From the NCBI GenBank assembly GCA_964519895.1, contig CAZFLE010000004.1, positions 301 through 64,300 on the forward strand: 64,000 nucleotides of DNA, written 5' to 3'. Numbering within the stretch: position 1 is the first letter of the stretch; each line of letters starts with the position of its first letter. This document shows positions 60,431 through 64,000 of this stretch, one piece after another. Origin of the DNA: an uncultured Enterobacterales bacterium. GTDB taxonomy: Bacteria > Myxococcota_A > UBA796 > CAJQPC01. A program made the position numbers and the translations under genes. A model generated the notes under the pieces. The model saw only the letters and a program-made list of their open reading frames with translations, was not told where the DNA came from and made no database searches.

Positions 60431-61315
60431 TCAGGTGAAGAGCCCGAGCTTGCCGCCCAGCTCGGACCCGGCCACCAGGGTGACCGAACCGACCTCACCG
60501 GCCAGCTCCTTCAGAGCCTCGAGCTCCCGCAGCCGCATGAGCGTGGGGTTGGCCTCGAGCAGCCGGGCGGTGTTGGCGGCGGACCGCATGGCGGCCGTCT
60601 CCTCACGCCGGGCGACCTTGTTGGCCTCGGCCCGCTTCTCGGCCTCGAGCACCTGGTTCAGGATGCTCTTCAGCTCACCGGGCAGGACCAGGTCCTTGAG
60701 CTCCAGAGCCAGGACCTCGACGCCCCACGCGGGGGCGACCTCGACCATGGCTGCAAGCATCTCGGCACTGGCCGCGTTCCGCTCACTCAACAGGCGCTCG
60801 AGCCGGGACCCGGCCACGACGCGCCGGGCCGAGACCTGGGCCTGCGTGTACAGCAATGCCGAGGCGTCGTTGGCCGCGTGGACCAGGACCACGGGATCGA
60901 CCACCCGGTAGCGAACCACCAGGTTCAGGCGCAGGGTGACCATGTCCGCGGACATGACCTCCTGGCCGCTCACCTTGAGCTCCTGCTCCCGGGTGTCGAT
61001 CGTCACGACCCCGACCTGGCGGTCGAGGCAGCTCAAGACGTAGCGACCGGCCTCCAGCACGTGCTGGAGCTCACCGTCCACGTAGACCAGGGACCGCTGG
61101 AACGGGGTCACGACGACCTCGCGAACCTCGCCGGGCGGCGCCAGCTCAGCCCAGGTCGGAGACAGGGTCTGACGCAGCGCGGTCAGGTCGACAGGCGCCA
61201 CGGTCCAGCCGGTGCCCCACAGCCGGTGACGACCAGGGCCCAGCCAGCGGCGGGGCTCCCCGTGACGGGAGACCAGGAGGCGGTGGGGGTTCTCGAGGGT
61301 GTAGGACGCGTACAT
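60431..61315 (-). CDS. SPFH/Band-7 (stomatin/prohibitin-like) domain protein
   Basis: Internal ATG 61315 (MYASYTLENPHRLLV...) of the 340-aa track ORF. ...VSGQEVMSADMVTLRLNLVVRYRVVDPV...VLALELKDLVLPGELKSILNQVLEAEKRAEANKVARREETAAMRSAANTARLL is the SPFH core plus its coiled-coil C-terminus. Confidence 0.8.
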   Translation of the reverse strand: MYASYTLENPHRLLVSRHGEPRRWLGPGRHRLWGTGWTVAPVDLTALRQTLSPTWAELAPPGEVREVVVTPFQRSLVYVDGELQHVLEAGRYVLSCLDRQVGVVTIDTREQELKVSGQEVMSADMVTLRLNLVVRYRVVDPVVLVHAANDASALLYTQAQVSARRVVAGSRLERLLSERNAASAEMLAAMVEVAPAWGVEVLALELKDLVLPGELKSILNQVLEAEKRAEANKVARREETAAMRSAANTARLLEANPTLMRLRELEALKELAGEVGSVTLVAGSELGGKLGLFT

Positions 61316-61498
61316 GGTGTGCTCCTGTGGGCAGAGGTGTCCGATGCCGGGGGTGGCAGGCGACGACGAAGGCAGGTGCCAGGCGGATCCCGCCACCGGC
61401 CGCGAGCGGCGAGGGGGAGAGACCGGGCCGTGCCGGCCTGGGCCGGGCGGCACCCGCGATCCGCAGGCGCGTGATCACCTGCGACACCGGACGGGGGT

Positions 61499-61581
61499 GC
61501 GGCCGAAGCCGCGAGGGTGCCCTCTCGGGCGTTCCTTACCAGGGGAACTCGTGCTGAAACGAGTGCGGGACTCGAACCCGC
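61499..61581 (-). other. structured non-coding element with a tRNA T-arm-like stem-loop (not a complete tRNA)
   Basis: The minus strand reads GCGGG-TTCGAGT-CCCGC (61581-61565), which is the consensus tRNA T-arm. It is directly followed by the hairpin ACTCGT-ttcagc-ACGAGT (61564-61547), then GCCC-GAGA-GGGC (61530-61519, GNRA tetraloop) and GCGGC-TTCG-GCCGC (61512-61499, UUCG tetraloop). I could not fold the flanks into an acceptor, D or anticodon arm. Confidence 0.3.
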
Positions 61582-61797
61582 GACTTGTACGTCCCGACGT
61601 GCAGGACCGGGTCGCCCGACCGCTTCCTCCGACCGGGACCGGCCAGGGGCCGGGACGGGGAGGGGGGCTGCGAGGGCTGGCGGCTGCTGAAGTCCGTACG
61701 CCAGGAAGGCAATACAAGAGGCGTGCCAGCCCGCGGATCCGCATGTTCAGGTCCGGGTCGGCGCCATTTCTATCTCATTGGATATGGAGCTTAGAAA

Positions 61798-61964
61798 ATG
61801 ACCACTCCAGCCCTGCGATGCAGCGGCCTGGTGAAGCGCTACCCAGACGTCACCGCCGTGGATGGCCTGGACCTGGAAGTACACCGCGGAGAGTGCTTCG
61901 GCCTGCTGGGCCCGAACGGCGCATCTTCATCCACCACACAGGCCGCGGGCTCCGGGGGGACTGA
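61798..61964 (+). pseudogene. ABC transporter ATP-binding protein remnant (large internal deletion plus frame change)
   Basis: The ATG is preceded by [46 protein letters not shown] is the start of an ABC ATPase up to the first half of Walker A (GPNGAGK(S/T)T expected). At ~61920 the sequence jumps to another frame reading (E)[18 protein letters not shown], which is the usual C-terminal tail (..VF..LTG..LR(D/E)*) of ABC-2-type ATPases. That TGA overlaps the permease ATG (TGATG). About 200-250 codons, including Walker B and the signature motif, are absent. Confidence 0.7.
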
Positions 61965-62995
61965 TGCGGGCACACCCCCTCTGGCAGCTCACCGTGGCGC
62001 GGTGGAAGGAGCTCTACCGGGAGCCGGGCATCCTGTTCTGGGTCTTCGGCTTCCCGGTCCTGCTGGCCGTCGGGCTGGGCATCGCGTTCCAGGAAGGGCC
62101 GCCCGAGCCCCAGCGCGTCGCGGTGGTGGCTGGGGCCGACTGGCTGGTCCAGAGCCTGGACCCGGAGACGGTCGACGCCCGGGTGCTGGCGGCCGACGCG
62201 GCGGCCGAAGCCCTGGCCCGCGGCCAGGTAGACCTGGTGGTCGAGGAGGGCGGACGCCCCTGGACCGTGACCTATCGCTACGACCCCAGTCGCCCGGAGA
62301 GCCAGCTGGCTCGGGCGGTCGTCGACGCGTCGATCCAGGACGCCAACGGCCGCGAAGACGCGCTCATCGCGACCGACGAGGCCCTGACGGAGCGGGGCAG
62401 TCGCTACGTGGACTTCCTGCTGCCCGGGCTCATCGGGCTGAACCTGATGGGCTCGAGCATGTGGGGCATCGGCTACTCGGTGGTGCTGAGCCGGAAGCGC
62501 CGCCTGCTCAAGCGCCTGGCGGCCACACCCATGCGGCGCAGCCACTACCTGCTCAGCTACCTGATCTCCCGCACCGGCCTGCTGGTCCTGGAGGTCGCGG
62601 CGCTGGTGGGGGTCGGCTGGTGGCTCTTCGACGTGGCCGTGCACGGCAGCCTGCTGGCGCTGGCCCTCGTCGCCACCCTGGGTGGGGCCTGCTTCTCCGG
62701 CCTGGCCTTGCTGATCGCGGCCAGGCTCGACAACACCGAGATCGCCAACGGCTGGATGAACTTCGTGCAGCTGCCGATGTGGATCCTCTCCGGCTGCTTC
62801 TTCAGCTATGAGCGCTTTCCGGAGTGGCTCCACTGGCCGATCCAGTCCCTACCGCTCACGGCTGTGAACGACGCGCTGCGGGCGATCATGAACCAGGGCG
62901 CAGGCGTGTTCGAGCTGGGGCCTGAGCTGGCGGTGATGGGCTTGTGGGGTGGGATCAGCTTCGCGATCGCGCTGCGCCGCTTCCGCTGGCAGTAG
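61964..62995 (+). CDS. ABC-2 type transporter permease
   Basis: Internal ATG 61964 ([39 protein letters not shown]) of track ORF 61862..62995. It has a periplasmic loop and then five more TM helices ([37 protein letters not shown]....), the typical ABC-2/YadH-like pattern. Confidence 0.85.
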   Translation: MRAHPLWQLTVARWKELYREPGILFWVFGFPVLLAVGLGIAFQEGPPEPQRVAVVAGADWLVQSLDPETVDARVLAADAAAEALARGQVDLVVEEGGRPWTVTYRYDPSRPESQLARAVVDASIQDANGREDALIATDEALTERGSRYVDFLLPGLIGLNLMGSSMWGIGYSVVLSRKRRLLKRLAATPMRRSHYLLSYLISRTGLLVLEVAALVGVGWWLFDVAVHGSLLALALVATLGGACFSGLALLIAARLDNTEIANGWMNFVQLPMWILSGCFFSYERFPEWLHWPIQSLPLTAVNDALRAIMNQGAGVFELGPELAVMGLWGGISFAIALRRFRWQ

Positions 62996-63137
62996 GAGAC
63001 CTCGCGACCTGGGAAATCGTGGACTCAAGGCCTCTGCTGTACGCGAGAAACGTACGCTTTCAGAGGCCCCAGACCTGTTCCGGACCCGCCTGGGGTGCGA
63101 CCCTGGGGGTGGGCACGATGCCCACCGGAGGTCCCCG

Positions 63138-64000
63138 ATGCGTCTCGTTCCGATCCTGTCCGCCGTCCTGTTGATCGCCTGCTTCGACATCGACCCCGAC
63201 GACCAGGACGGAGACGGCGTGGAGGCGGCAGACGACTGCGACGACTTCGACAGCAGCGTCTACCCCGGTGCCGAGGAGATCTGCGACGGTCAGCGCAACA
63301 ACTGCAACGACCGGAGGTGGGTGAACGACCACGGCGCCTGGATGGACGAGCACGAGGGCGACGGTCCCGTCGAGGTGACAGACGACTGGGACGACTACTA
63401 CTCCACCGGGCCCGCCGAGTGGTCGCCCACCGCCGAGAACACGACGCTCTACCTGTGCGAGCGGGAGAACTACCCCTGGTACCTGACGATCACGGTGGAC
63501 GAGAGCATCCGCAGCCTGGCCATCCGAGGCTACGAGTACGAGGGCATGGGGGGCACGTACAGTCCCTCGGTCATGACCGGCTGGCACGACACCGTGATCT
63601 CCGGGACCCTGGCCGACGACGGCCTGCTGACGCTGGACGGCATCCGGGTCGCGACCGGCATCGCCTCTGGCAGCGGCGGCAACTTGTCCCTCGAAGGGGG
63701 CAAGCTCTTTCTCTACGACGTGGCGTTCGACGCCGGCGAGGCCGGGGCCTTCGGCGGCTCGATCTACACCAAGGACACCGCCGTGTCTGGCGAGGGCGTG
63801 CTGATCGAGCACAGCGAAGCCGGTCAGAATGGGGGCGCGGCCTTCTTCGACGGCGGTTCCGTGGTGCTGGCGGACGTCACGGTGACCGACAGCGTCGCGG
63901 GCTTCGGCGGCGGCGGCCTGCACTTCGAGGGCGTCGACGCCGAGCTCTCGGACTGCAGCTTCGAAGACAACACCAGCCAGGACTCTGGCGGGGCCGTGAC
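63138..64000 (+). CDS. lipoprotein with MopE-type motif and Gly-rich parallel-beta-helix-like repeats (partial, runs off window end)
   Basis: Not in the track because there is no stop in the window. ATG 63138 follows GGAGGT. The lipobox is MRLVPILSAVLLIAC. DDCDDFDSSVYPGAEEICDGQRNNCND is the MopE-type motif. The later segments ...GGNLSLEGGKLFLYDVAFDAGEAGAFGGSIYT..., ...NGGAAFFDGGSVVLADVTVTDSVAGFGGGGLHF... and ...SGGAV resemble Pmp/right-handed beta-helix repeats. My hand translation is stop-free to 64000. Confidence 0.7.
   Translation, partial: MRLVPILSAVLLIACFDIDPDDQDGDGVEAADDCDDFDSSVYPGAEEICDGQRNNCNDRRWVNDHGAWMDEHEGDGPVEVTDDWDDYYSTGPAEWSPTAENTTLYLCERENYPWYLTITVDESIRSLAIRGYEYEGMGGTYSPSVMTGWHDTVISGTLADDGLLTLDGIRVATGIASGSGGNLSLEGGKLFLYDVAFDAGEAGAFGGSIYTKDTAVSGEGVLIEHSEAGQNGGAAFFDGGSVVLADVTVTDSVAGFGGGGLHFEGVDAELSDCSFEDNTSQDSGGAV

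Noticed and set aside
61540-61640. Complete tRNA or tmRNA gene on the minus strand (GGGACTCGAACCCGC signature)
   Set aside because: Only the T-arm is canonical. The 7 nt after it (ACTCGTT) have no complementary 5' acceptor strand within 120 nt upstream. No 5-7-5 anticodon arm or D-arm could be drawn, and there is no CCA or GGGG-type tmRNA 5' end. I kept it only as a T-arm-like structured element.
61965-62811. Continuation of the 337-aa ORF starting at 61798
   Set aside because: After ~42 ABC-ATPase-like codons the frame runs as Ala/Gly/Arg/Pro junk across the ABC-2 permease, which is clearly encoded in another frame. I treat this as read-through of a pseudogene, not a protein.

Overview
This is a GC-rich bacterial chromosomal window (about 70% G+C by eye, not computed), densely coding on both strands, with about 50 genes I can support. 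All family calls come from reading motifs in the supplied translations; no database search was run. The high G+C creates very long antisense shadow ORFs in the track (1092, 1035, 1144, 1443 and 982 aa), which I trimmed or rejected.

Content, left to right:
- FG-GAP/VCBS + ASPIC/UnbV lipoproteins and an EF-hand protein.
- A + strand operon: MBOAT-like protein, three small membrane proteins, a large polytopic membrane protein and a metallophosphoesterase.
- A patatin phospholipase with extra N-terminal domains, then a MOSC protein.
- The classic alpha-2-macroglobulin (intact CLEQ thioester) / PBP1C pair.
- An orphan radical-SAM/SPASM enzyme, an outer-membrane barrel and yaaA.
- An LVIVD propeller, then a six-gene, translationally coupled lipoprotein operon: three NHL paralogs, a small lipoprotein, a CxxCH lipoprotein and a propeller-like lipoprotein.
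- A PI-PLC-X lipoprotein and a MopE-motif + FG-GAP giant.
- vapBC with a palindromic operator, and a tandem DUF2541-like protein.
- A B12-radical-SAM gene with an ECF sigma/anti-sigma pair, then a D-aminoacylase divergent from a TetR regulator, and CotH.
- A divergent rtcR / sigma-54-promoter / rtcB locus.
- A VOC protein, an SPFH protein flanked by two unusual ~0.5 kb non-coding regions, and a decayed ABC transporter.

The gene content looks myxobacterium-like; that is inference only.

The most interesting candidate is the non-canonical rtcR/rtcB locus. rtcB is followed not by rtcA but by a 171-aa coiled-coil gene, a 1,738-aa coiled-coil gene, a B12-radical-SAM enzyme and a secreted Zn-metalloprotease, all co-oriented behind a perfect TGGCAC-N5-TTGC promoter.

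Other items worth a second look:
- the NHL/CxxCH lipoprotein operon;
- the MBOAT-like operon with its tail-anchored paralogs;
- the dyad-symmetric 31-bp and 51-bp palindromic repeat arrays;
- a tRNA T-arm-like structured leader upstream of the SPFH gene;
- an ABC ATPase reduced to a 56-codon scar.
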